DNA of 64,000 nt, from contig JAVKOQ020000088.1 of NCBI GenBank assembly GCA_031835245.2, forward strand, positions 62,001 to 126,000, written 5' to 3'. The notes below the pieces were generated by a model. It made no database searches, had not been told where the DNA came from, and saw only the letters and a list, made by a program, of their open reading frames with translations. This DNA is from Balamuthia mandrillaris (Eukaryota). Positions 50,361 through 63,050 of this stretch are shown here, one piece after another; position 1 is the stretch's first letter, and the number at the start of each line of letters is the position of its first letter. The translations under genes and the position numbers were made by a program.

Positions 50361-51174
50361 ATGGGCGATCCGTTAACCATGTCGTTCTCCGAAAAACTTC
50401 GTCTCTTCAACAGCAACAGCTCTGCTTCTTCCTCCTCTCCCGCTTCTCCCTCTTCCACCACCAATCGAGATCGATTGCTACGTTATAGCGCGGTGCCTTC
50501 TTCTGACTTTGCATCATCTTCTTCTGCATCGGCTTCACCTCAGTTTGCCTCTCCAAAGCCACAAAAACGGACCATCGTTCGCTCGTTTGCCTCCAGGTTG
50601 ACTCCTTCCGCTTCGCCGTCTTCCTCTTCCTTTACTTTGCGAAACGCCGAAGACAAGGAGAAAGATAACGAGAAGGAGAAAGAAAAGGAGAAAGAGAAGG
50701 AGAAGGAGAAGGAGAAGGAGAAGGAGAAGGATAAAGAGAAAGAACACCATGCTGAAAAGGAACATAGAAAGAGTATGTCGTTTAAGTCGCCAAAGCCGAA
50801 AGATAAACGAAAAGACAAAGCGGAAGAACATAGGAGCGGCAAGAAAGAACGGAGAGGAAGTGTTGCTGTACATGAGGACACCATCGTTCGGTGTACCTCC
50901 TCTCCCGTTTCATCTTCTTCCTCCTCGAAGAAGAAAATAAGAAAGTCTTCCGTGAGTGCCTCTTCTTCCAACGACGACGTTAGAAAGAACAGTTTCGATG
51001 ATTCGTCTTCAACACCTTCAACTTCTTCATCTTCAACGTTGTCTTCTTCTCCTCCTCCTCCTCCTTCTTCTACTTCGACTTCTGCAAGCTTGGAGAGTTT
51101 GGGGTGGTCAGAGTTGGATGAGCAGGAACAGGATTCTATCAAACAGTTGATACAAGAACGAGTCGCTTTGGTTT

Positions 51175-51211
<37 letters not shown>

Positions 51212-51925
51212 ATCGTTCTCTTCATCGTTCTCTTCTCTTCATCGTTCTCTTCTCTTCTCTTCTCTTCTCTTCTCTTCTCTTCTCTTCTCTTCTCTTCTCT
51301 TCTCTTCTCTTCTCTTCTCTTCTCTTCTCTTCTCTTCTCTTCTCTTCTCTTCTCTTCTCTTCTCTTCTCTTCTCTTTCTCTATGTTGTTCTTCTTCTACT
51401 TCTCTTCTTACCAAGAGCCAAACACAGAAACGAGTGATAGAGAAATGGAAACAAGAAAAAGACCAACTGCTAAAAGAGCACCAAAAACACATCGACCACC
51501 ACCTCCAAAAGCGCCTCAAGCTCAAACGCCAACGCGACACCCTCCAACAAGCTCTCCTCCACAAAGAGCAACTCCTCCAACACTCCCAGCAACAACTCTC
51601 TCATCTCCAATCCCAGCTGGAGGACTCCCACTCCAAGTTGGAAAACCAAGAGTCCCTCCTGCTCCACTCCAGACAGAGCGAGGAGAGGGCGAAGCACGAG
51701 CTCTCCCTCCTTCTCTCCTCCCTGCGAAACCTGGAGGACTGCCTGCAATGCGTCATCTGCAACGACGCCATGAGCGTGGTGCTCCTGCTGCCCTGCAGAC
51801 ATCAGAAGCTGTGCAAGAGCTGCGCGGAGCGGCTGGTGGATGAGCTGTGCCCCGTTTGCAGGACGCCCGTCACCGGGAGGTTGGTTTGTTTTGCTGATTG
51901 GGCTAACATTCCCTTAAGAACTTAA
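50361..51925 (+). CDS. C-terminal RING (C3HC4_3-type) E3 ligase-like protein with coiled coil
   Basis: ATG 50361; Ser-rich and EK-repeat N-terminus; intron about 51171-51414; CVICNDAMSVVLLLPCRHQKLCKSCAERLVDELCPVCR. Confidence 0.85.
51245..51374. repeat. (TTCTC)n pentanucleotide microsatellite, intronic
   Basis: About 25 near-perfect copies. Confidence 0.9.
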
Positions 51926-52049
51926 AACACTTTATTTATACTGTATTGATTTGGATTTAAAGTTGTTTAAGATTTTTTAAATGTTTTTTAAACAACAATA
52001 GAGAAATGTATTTATTTGATTCTGTTCAGTGTTCGTTTTCATTATCTCT

Positions 52050-53611
52050 CTACCAAGCGTATTTGCTTTGGCTTTGTTGGCGTATTTTGAGGGACTGACT
52101 GCGCTTCACGCTTAACTCCAGCTCACGTTCTTTGGCTTCCACCGCCAGCGCTGTGATTTGATGTTTTCGCCGTTGTGAATAAGAAGGTTTATTGGATCCG
52201 CTTAATCCCTGTTTATATTGACATCTGGTTTCAGTAAAGCAGAAGAAAAAGAGAAAGATGCAATGGACACGGAAGAAGAAGAAGAAGAAGAAGAAGAAGA
52301 AGAAGAAGAAGAAGAAGAAGAAAGAAGAACAAGGAAGAGGAAGAAGGTGAAGAAGAAGAAAAAGAATGAAGGAAAGAAAAAAATAACCATCTTGTGTTCG
52401 GCAAGTTTGACTTGTTCTTCGATGTATTCAACGGGCCAATCAGGTGGCCTAGCAAGTTCCGTTCGATCCACAGTAACAAAGTTGGCTCCTCCATGTCGCA
52501 ACTCTCTGGCCACCTTCAAAAAAATAGCGTTTAGTTTTTGTTGCACATAAGAAAGCAACGACTAGAAAGAAACAATAAGAACCGACAAGAAAAGATAGAA
52601 AGAAAGAGGAAGAGAAGAGAAGCGAGACGACAAAAACAGTAGAAGGAAGCAAGAAACCTCAGGCGGGAGGTTGCTAGGAAGCGAAGACGAAGCGGCAGCC
52701 GCGTCATAACCATAACCAGCAGCGGAAGGATAAGCAGGAGGATATTGTTGTTGTGCATAAGACGATGATGGATCGGGATACGGGTACGCTGCGTACGGGT
52801 ATGGATATGGTCCCTGTTGTCCTCCTTCCTGTGGTTGTGGAGGATAGTAGGAAGAAGCAGAAGAAGGTAAAGTTGGTCCAACTGTAACTTCTCCTTCGCC
52901 TTCTATTGCTGTGGTAGTTGCTGAAGAAGCAGAGGAGAAAGTTGAAGAAGGTATGGTGGTTGGAAGTCTTCGTTGCTTCATTTGTGGCTCAACTTCTTTT
53001 CGCTTTGTCACCTCCGCCTTCTCCTCCTTTGCTTCTTCTTCTTCTTCTCCTCCTCCTTCTCTCTTTCGTTTTGAGGTGCTGTTCTTGTGGAGCAGCGAGT
53101 GAAGGGCAGCGGTGGCCGCTCCGGAAGGGGCGCCACGCTTCGGTGGCGGCAACAAAGAAGAGAAGGAGGAGGGGCCTCTCCCTCCCCCTCTCCCTCCTCC
53201 TCTGGCCTCTTCTTCCTGCTGCCTTCTTCTCTCTTCCTCCTCCCTTTCCTCGCGTTTAAGCTCGTATTCGTCTTTTTCAAAGATGGAGGAGTCGAACGCT
53301 GGCAATTTGATCTCCCGCTCCTTCTTCTTCTGCTTTGTCTTTTCTTTTTTCTTGTTGCTCTTTCTCGGCGGCGGCAGCTGATCGAAGCGAAGCACGGGTT
53401 CTCCCTCTTCATCGATGCTGTGTTGTTGTTTCGTCGCCAAAATAAAAAAATGAGTTCAAACCAATCTTTTTTTTTAAAAAAAAAACAAACAGTAGCTGTA
53501 CCTGATGGCAGACGCCGCTGGTTGTTCTGGTGCTTCCGCTTCTTCTTCTTGTGGTCGTTGCTGTTCTTCGTCCTCTCCTCCAGAGCCATAGCCAGCCAAG
53601 AGTTCGTCCAT
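52050..53611 (-). CDS. PRCC: PRCC-like proline-rich splicing/mitotic checkpoint factor (multi-exon)
   Basis: Start MDELLAGYGSGGEDEE; SSLLPPPK; last exon RRKHQITALAVEAKERELEL...QSQSKYAW matches the PRCC C-terminal domain. Confidence 0.85.
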
Positions 53612-54606
53612 CTTTCTTTTGGTTTTTTTTTTCTTCTCTTCTTCTATGTGTGCACAAAAACTTCACAAAATGTTATATTATTGTCGACTTCATGTCGTCA
53701 TTATACATCAATTATTATCATGTCGACGTGGGTAATACATGAGGAGGAAAGATGAGAGAGAATCGGATTCTAGCTTGCTTGTCTTATCGTTTGTTGTTCA
53801 AGGCAAGTCGGACAAGCTCTTCTTAGGAGGAGGTCCGGTGGGCTTTCCGCCTTCCTTCTTGTAACGCACATGGGCTTGCTGGGTTTTTTTTTTTGGTTTG
53901 TGATCAGAGAGGAGGCGACATTTTTTTCCCCTTTTCTGTTGATCTCTCAAAAAAGTTGGGAAGAGAAAATCAAACCTCAACAGCAGCGGTTTGGCCTTCC
54001 GAGTGAGCCTTCCATGACACCTTGGGTGGAGGAGGTTCGATAAAGTTCTGCAAACAAAACAAAAGAAGATTAAAAAAAGATTTGAACAACAAACACCTCA
54101 AATATTTCAGATAATAAAAACCTTGTGCTTCTTCAACAAAGCTTGCACGCCAGTTGGTTCTTGCTTTGTGGTACGCTCCGCGGCTGCCTTTTGAGCTGCC
54201 GCTTCTTGTTCAAACTTGGACTTCAGCTGGCTCGCCATATCCTCTCTCCTTCTCTTTTCCACAAATTTTTATCTTTCAATTTTTTTATTTTATTTTTTTT
54301 TGTCGGGGGTATATTATTTGTCGACATACAAAATTGCAACAATTTTTTGTTCTATGCAATAATCATCGGCAAAGGGAAAAAAGTATTTTCTTCAAGGGCT
54401 AACCGCTAACCCTAACCTCTGTCCTTCAGGAAAATTTTCGGCTTTGGCCCTCATAGGTTTCTTGCATAAAAGCGAAACTGGAGGAAGCTGTTAGCCCAAC
54501 CTATTCGCTAATTTGCTTCCTCTTCCCAAGAAGAAAGTAGCAACCTCCCCATTCAAGCTTCGTCCATCTCTTTCCAACACATTTTTTTTTTTAAAAAAAG
54601 GCCACC

Positions 54607-56262
<1,656 letters not shown>

Positions 56263-56274
56263 GACAATCATCGA

Positions 56275-57952
56275 TTATGGTGTATTTATTTGGGTTTTGT
56301 CGTTATTCAGGAACACAAGACAATTATTCGCGATGGAGAGAGGAAGTTGCGATTCGGGAGAGCGATAATCGATGGACTTGCAGTCCGGGTCGTGGCACTT
56401 TTGATAGTAGGTTCCTCTCTCCAAGTCCACCACCATCATGATGTGGTTGCTCTATTGTTTGTTTGTTTGGAAGCAGTTAGAGCGAACGGAAAGAGAGAGC
56501 GAGGAGAGGGAGCGAGAGAACCTTGTGCTCACGGCCGATGTTCTCGCAGAAACGGTTGTTGGCAATGTTGTAGAGGAGAAGCTTACGGTCCTCAAAGAGC
56601 ACGCAGGACCGAATGGTGCCGCGATGGTTGCCCGGTCTTTTGTTCAACTCTTCTTGAATGAAGCTATCCACGTCCGGAAAAGCAGACCGAAACGAAAGAG
56701 AAGACGTCGTGGATGGTATAGCTGGTGTTGTGATAGGTAGCAAAGAGGGCGAATGCAGGTGGGAAGAAGTGGATAAAGGAGAAGAAGAAGCAGCAGCAGA
56801 ATCGTTCCACGGTTCCAATGGAGCATAACGACGCGTCTCCTCCTTGTTCACAAAGAGAAATGAGTATACCAAGAAGAGGAAGAAACTGAGAAACAAAAGA
56901 GAGAAAGAGAAGAAAACGATTACTTCATAGCAGGTAAGCCATAGCACTTGGTTGGGATTCAAGTTAAACGCTGGCCCGATGTTGCACACCAACGAAGCAA
57001 GAAACAGTGCCTCATCCTCTTTCTGTTCTTCTCTTGAGTCCGACGGCGGAGTAGCGGCAGAAGAACTAGAAGGAGAACGTGACGAAGAAAGCAGAGGCAA
57101 CAACGGTCGGTTCTTCCCAACTTTGGAAGAATAGGCCATTCGGAAGTTGCGGTTGCGAGAATAAACGCCCATATCCACAAAAAACGTTTCCTTGTCCCCT
57201 CTTTCGTTGCGAACAAACAACCGGTCCACATCTCGTCGGGTCTTTCTCAGCACTTGCAGCTTGTTCAACAGGATCCTCACAAAGTTGCCGCAATGGATGT
57301 TATCCTGAAAGAAAGGAAGTTGGTGCGTGATGCAATGCTTTCTTTCTTCTCTGTCTTCCTTCTCCTTTTCCTCTTCCTCGTCAGAATTGTTGTTTTGTCC
57401 TTCGAGTCCGTTACAGTATTCTATTGCTTTCTTCTTTCTCCCGTTTCTTCTTTCCCTTTGTTGGTTATTCTCTTCTTCGAGGTTTTCTTCAGAAGCAGAA
57501 GGAGAAACAACGGAAGAAGAAGAAGAGTTGAGAATGATGTGACGAGAGAACTTGGAGGGAGTACTGGAGGAGAGAATGATAAAGTCGTGGCGATGACAGG
57601 AGGCAAAACAAGAAGGATAGCGAAGACGAAGCTCTTCCATCACAAAGTTGAGAAACATCTCCACCATTTTGTTTCCTTCTTCCTCCAACGCTTCATCTTG
57701 TTCTTTGCTAAGTTCTTCTGCTTGTTCTTCTTTAACTTTGTCTTCTGTTTTCTCATTTGTGTTGCTTTCTGTTTCTGTTTCTTCTTCTTCGTCTTCGGGT
57801 TGTGGTGTGTCTGGATGTTGCAGCAGAAGATGGAGGTTTGACTCTTTCATAAACTCTATATCAAAGTATAGCTTGCATGGACTCTTTTCTCTGATCTTTA
57901 CCGACATATATTTTTGTTCGAATAACAGGAGCGAAATGAGCCAAGAGAGAAA

Positions 57953-57983
<31 letters not shown>

Positions 57984-58706
57984 TGAGAGAGAGACTCGTA
58001 CGAGTTCATAATGACGTCGTTTATCGGCAGATAAGTTGAGGTAATGCTTCCAAAACTGTTTGTAGGAAGCAACCACATAGGAACGAGCTCCAAATCCACA
58101 AAACGAAGGCGAAGCAGCAGCAGCAGGAGAAGCGGGAGAAGCACAAGAAGCAGAAGAAGGAGAAGAAAGAGCAGAAGCTGAGTAAGAAGAATTGGTTTCC
58201 TGTTCAACAGCAAAAACGTGCAGACGAGAGGCATAAAAGTCGTTGGAGAGAGAAACCTCTTCCGCGTTTAACTTGTCGCAACAACGAAACGCCTGGTCTT
58301 GCTTCGGAAACTCTTTCAGCAAACTCTGTCTGTTGAGTTTTTTTTTTGAGAAATGAATAAAATCGAAAGAAAGACACAACGGAAGAGAGAGAGGAAAAAC
58401 TTACACAGGGCGACGAAGCCGAAGCAAACGTCTCTGCCAGGCGAGGTCGGTGCCAGTGACCACCTTTTTCTCCTGTCGTCCGTAAAACACTTTAGGGGTG
58501 ATCACCGGCAAACCAAAGCTATTCCTCCTTCCTTGCTCTGTTTCCTCGGTGTCATCCCGTCTTTCGATCTTGATCCGTTTCGGCTCGACGAAAGCCCCTT
58601 CCTCCGTTTCGTTACTCGGCGGGGGGGGTCGTTCCTCCCTTCTCCTTCCGGTGTGGTGGCCCCCAGCAGCACAATCCATGGGATGTGGTGGCCCGCTTGT
58701 ATGCAT
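56275..58706 (-). CDS. PRIMPOL: PrimPol DNA primase-polymerase (AEP + UL52-like Zn finger), multi-exon
   Basis: HYE|IRE..PCKLYFDIEF (motif I), SSTPSKFSRHII (SxH), FVDMGVYSRNRNFR..SSK, RFCENIGREHK|SNHIM...YYQKCHDPDC; TAA 56277-56275; start uncertain (58706 or 58679). Confidence 0.92.
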
Positions 58707-59168
58707 GAGCTCATAGCGGTGGGTCCCCAACAACTATTTTCGATTTTACAATTGGTAACGATTATTTTGGTGAATTTACGATAAATATTTTGGCTCCAAG
58801 CTTTCGTTGCAGCGATGCAGCTCAATTTGTGCAGCAGAGGGGCAGTGGAAATTTTTCATGACGACGTGGTAACAGTTTGGCGTCATCTCGTTGGTCCGCG
58901 TCTGATCGCGAAACTACGACGATCGATCGGTGTGAGTAAAGGCGCTCGACTCCAAGCGGCACACCGCAAAGGTTTCAGCACGTCCCAGACAGAATCCTCC
59001 CTTGCAGGGGGTGTACGCTCTGTTTTATATCCCCAAAGCACTGCAAGGGAGCCAGTTCGCATTCATGCCCTACTGCCGCCAACTTCATACCACATACCAA
59101 GAACATTTGTATGAGAAGAAGGAATGAAGGAGGCTGCTCGGTTTTTGTTTGCGTGTGGCTAATCCTTA

Positions 59169-59795
59169 TTATTTTTCAATTGAGAATAGGTTGAAGAGCA
59201 GAAGGTCGTCGGTCACATGGATCACACCGTTGGTTGCAAAGTTATCACCAGAGATCACATTGGCAGAGGAAAAGTCCATCATCTTAACCTTGACCCCAAA
59301 CGTCAGGTCAAAGGAGACTTCTGGTTGCTTAAAGAGTGGAGGTACGGTCATGCCGTCCACCATAGCTGAGGTAGGAAACGCTGCTCCCACGACGTGCCCC
59401 AAGAGTAACGGGGTGAGCGCCTCTGGCGACTCTAAGAGGAATCTAAGCAGTCCGTCTGGAAAAGAACGAACAAAGGCCTCGTTCCTGGGGGCAAATATGG
59501 TGAAGGTGTTGTTGGGGTTGGTAAACTGCTCGTTGAGACCACATACCTTAGCAGCTAAGAGGAACGTGGTGAGCCCGAGACTTTTGCCGAGAGCAATCAG
59601 GTTTTAGGTGGGTCTTATGGGGCATTGTTCGCTCTGCTCGCACTCTTCACACTCCTCGCAGGGCTCTGCTTCGCAACTTCCACCGGGGATCAACCCATCG
59701 AAACTGATGTTGATGGTGGTGCTCTCGTCGGAGGAGGAACAGGGGACCGCCAGAAAAGCAGCGAATAGCAGCAGCACCACAACGCTCTTGCCCAT
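59169..59795 (-). pseudogene. Fasciclin (FAS1) domain gene copy 1 with in-frame nonsense codon
   Basis: Paralogous to copies 2 and 3; CCC ACC TAA AAC CTG (59604-59606) where paralogues have AAA/AAG; the frame stays open to ATNGVIHVTDD. Confidence 0.75.
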
Positions 59796-60163
59796 TTTGT
59801 CGCCTCTTTTTTCTTTTGCTTTTTTGTTCTTCCTTGCTTTTATGTTTATATTGGGCTGGTTGTTGTGTGAAACGACGCAGAGCATCATGCCCATATGAAG
59901 AGTGGTGGCGTTTCGAGCTAAACGTAAAATAGAGAGGAGAGCAGAGAGCAGAGAGCAGAGAGCGAGAGAGAGAAACAGAGCAGAGGGGGAGAGAGAACAG
60001 GGATATCTAGTCCTCCTCACTCAGCCTTGGCTTTTTCCTTAAGGACTCGTTGCTTTTGGAACCTCTGGTGACCCGCTTTGTGGCAGGTTCCTTCTTCTTT
60101 TCTTCGAGCTCTCGCCACTGCTTCCATGATGCGTTGTCACAACCCGGCCTTAACTCGTGCCAA

Positions 60164-60201
<38 letters not shown>

Positions 60202-60904
60202 GACGCTCACAAAGGGGAGATAAGATTGGGGTGGCTAATGGTTTTCTCTTATCAGAAAGACCTTTCGTATGAAGATTTTAAAGCTATTTGATTATCGGAC
60301 CAAGTTGGCGCAGCGTTACATCCTTCTCCACTTTCAAGACAACAGCAAAGCTTGTTGGGTTGAAAAAGTCAATAGAACGCCATTGCTGCTTCTTCATCCC
60401 GTTTGATCTTCTCCACTCCCAAGCTTCTTCTCCAGTCAGGTCATATTCTTCTTCATCCGTTTCTTGTGCTTTCTTCTTCTTCTGTTGCCGCTTCTCGGTC
60501 TTGCTGTTCTGGAAAGTTCCTATTTAATCCTCTTCGTCACCGTTTTGCAGGCCGTCTCTTCTTTGGTTTCGGCATGATTGGATGTTGAGTTAGATCCTTC
60601 TCCACTTTCTTTTCTCTTATTCACTACAGTTGTGCCGCTCCTTCTTCTCGAGTTCCTCCTCCTCCTATTTTGTCCTCTGCCCTCTTATCAGCTTCCTCTT
60701 TGTTCCTCTGCGACTCCTTCTCAGACTCTCCCCATCCTTTTTTTGTTTGTTTCTTTTCTTGTTTCGCGTGCGTTGTTGTTGCAGCAATGGGGCGGAGGAA
60801 GGAAGGGGAGGGAGATTCCTCGGTTTTTAGAGGCCGTCCGAAGACGACGATCAGTTGAACAAGAATAGAAGCGGAACATTTAAACCGTATTATTCGCTTT
60901 AAAA

Positions 60905-61504
60905 CTAGAACAGCAGGTCGTCGATCACATGGATCACACCGTTGGTTGCAAAGTTATCAGCCGAGGTCACCGAGGCGGAGGAAAAGCCCACAGACACCGT
61001 GACTCCAACCGTCAGGTCAAAGGTGAGAGGAAATTCCCCGATGACGGGAGGTACTTTCATGCCGTCCACCAAGGCTGCAGTAGGGAGGGCTGACCCCACG
61101 ACATGCCCAAAGAGTATCGGCGCGCAGAGGTCAGGCGAGTCCTCGAGGATATCCAGAAATCCGTCTGGAAGAAAATCAAAGGCCTCGTTGCTAGGGGCGA
61201 ATATGGTGTAGGTGTTGTTGGGGTTGGTAAACTGCTCAAGGACACCGCACGCATCGGCAACCAAGAGGACGGTGGTGAGCCCCAGACTGTGACCGAGAGC
61301 GACAAGATTTTTGGTGGGTCTTTCGGGGCATTGTTCGCACTGCTCGCACTCTTCACACTCCTCGCAGGGCTCTTGTTCACAGCTTCCACCGGGGATCAAC
61401 CCCTTGAAATTGAAGTTGATGGTGGTGCTCTCATCGGCGGAGGAGAAACAGGGGACCGCCAGAAAAGCAGCGAACAACAGCAGCACCACAACGCTCTTGC
61501 TCAT
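60905..61504 (-). CDS. Secreted fasciclin (FAS1) domain protein, copy 2
   Basis: Signal MSKSVVVLLLFAAFLAVPCFS; CEQEPCEECEECEQCEQCP; H1 YTIFAPSNEAF; H2 ATNGVIHVIDDLL; intronless. Confidence 0.92.
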   Translation of the reverse strand: MSKSVVVLLLFAAFLAVPCFSSADESTTINFNFKGLIPGGSCEQEPCEECEECEQCEQCPERPTKNLVALGHSLGLTTVLLVADACGVLEQFTNPNNTYTIFAPSNEAFDFLPDGFLDILEDSPDLCAPILFGHVVGSALPTAALVDGMKVPPVIGEFPLTFDLTVGVTVSVGFSSASVTSADNFATNGVIHVIDDLLF

Positions 61505-62075
61505 TTTGTCGCTTCTTTTTTTTAATGCTTTTTCGTTCTTTGCCTTTTTCTTCATATTTTGGGGGAGCTGTTGTGGGAAACGACGCATCATCATACCCAA
61601 AAATGAAGCATGGTGGTGCAGAGATAAAAAAATGAAACAAAAAAAGACCCTCGTTGCTTTTGGTTTTTCTTGTGAGCAGATTCGTGGCCAGTCCCGTTTC
61701 TTTACGGTCGGCGAAAAGCATGACCTCTGTGCCGAAGGGCAGATCCGTAAGGCTGGCGCCATAGCATGCCTCTCCAGACCTTCCCCACGGCATGGGGGAT
61801 CGTCCGTTTCAAATCGGGCACAGGCCACCGCTGCCATCCTTGGTAGAGCCCAGCTGAGCGGCAAGGCGGTACTGCACATCGTCCATCAGACTCCGACTCT
61901 GATGCAAAGATGCGAAGCAGGGATTGCCAATAAAAAAGAAAGAAATGGGTTGAGGGCGAAAGGAGCATGAAGTTGGGGGTAGAAGCGGGAACGTTAGGTG
62001 CAAGCATATAGGGTTCTTGAAAGAAAACAAGGACACAGGTGGAGCGGACGCAACATTTAAACCGTATTATACGCT

Positions 62076-62681
62076 TTAAAATATGGAGACCAGAAGCTTG
62101 TCGATCACATGGATCACACCGTTGGTTGCAAAGTTATCAGCAGAGATCACCGTGGCCGATGAAAGGACCACCGATACCGTGACTCCAACCGTCAGGTCAA
62201 AGGTGAGAGGAAATTCCCCAACGATGGGTGGTACGGTCATGCCGTCCACCATAGCTGTGGTAGGAAGAACCGCTCCCACGACATGCCCCAAAAGCAACGA
62301 GGAGCAGAGTTCTGGCGAGTCTATGAGGAAATCCAGAAATCCCTCTGGAAGAAAATCAAACGCTTCGTTGCTGGGGGCGAATACCGTGTGGGAGACGTTG
62401 GGGTTGGTGAAAAGCTCAATAAGATCGCATGCCTCGGCAGCTTCATAGACGGTGGTGAGCCCAAGACTGGTACTGAGGGCAATAAGGTCCTTGGTGGGTC
62501 CTTCGGGACATTGCTCGCACTGCTCGCACTCCTCACACTCCTCGCAAGGCTCTGCTTCGCAGCTTCCACCGGGGATCAACCCCTTGAAATTGAAGTTGAT
62601 GGTGGTGCTCTCGGCGGAGGAGAACCTGGGAACTGCCAGAAAAGCAGCGAAAAGCAGCAGCAACACAACGCTCTTGCCCAT
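62076..62681 (-). CDS. Secreted fasciclin (FAS1) domain protein, copy 3
   Basis: Signal peptide, Cys-x-x repeat, HTVFAPSNEAF, ATNGVIHVIDKLL; intronless. Confidence 0.92.
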   Translation of the reverse strand: MGKSVVLLLLFAAFLAVPRFSSAESTTINFNFKGLIPGGSCEAEPCEECEECEQCEQCPEGPTKDLIALSTSLGLTTVYEAAEACDLIELFTNPNVSHTVFAPSNEAFDFLPEGFLDFLIDSPELCSSLLLGHVVGAVLPTTAMVDGMTVPPIVGEFPLTFDLTVGVTVSVVLSSATVISADNFATNGVIHVIDKLLVSIF

Positions 62682-62965
62682 TTTGCGTTTTGTCACTTCT
62701 TTTTTCGTTTCCCTTTCGTCTTTTGTTTGTTTGCGAAACGACACATACCATATAAAGAGCAAGTGACGTCACGTTTTAAAAACAACCAATGCGGCTTAAC
62801 TGCGTTACGTCCAGCAAATAACGAAAATTTTAGACGCTCCTCCTTGGAGAGAGAAGCAAAGGCTCCTGACCCGTTTCCACCCCAACTATCGGAGCTCCAA
62901 GAGTGACGACACAAAGGAGGAAAGAAGCTTTGTGGAAGACATAAATGGTGCAGAGTAGAGAGAAG

Positions 62966-63007
<42 letters not shown>

Positions 63008-63050
63008 GATGATGATGAGGATGGTGAGGAGGATTGTACTGTATATTCTC

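Noticed and set aside
56275..58706. PrimPol as sign of a viral or mobile element
   Set aside because: Intron-containing cellular-type PRIMPOL among housekeeping genes; no capsid, integrase or terminal repeats nearby.
58933..58946. U5 loop-1-like CGCCTTTACT (minus) and U12-like TGAGTAAAGG (plus)
   Set aside because: Both deviate from the invariant motifs and lack the flanking stems and Sm site.
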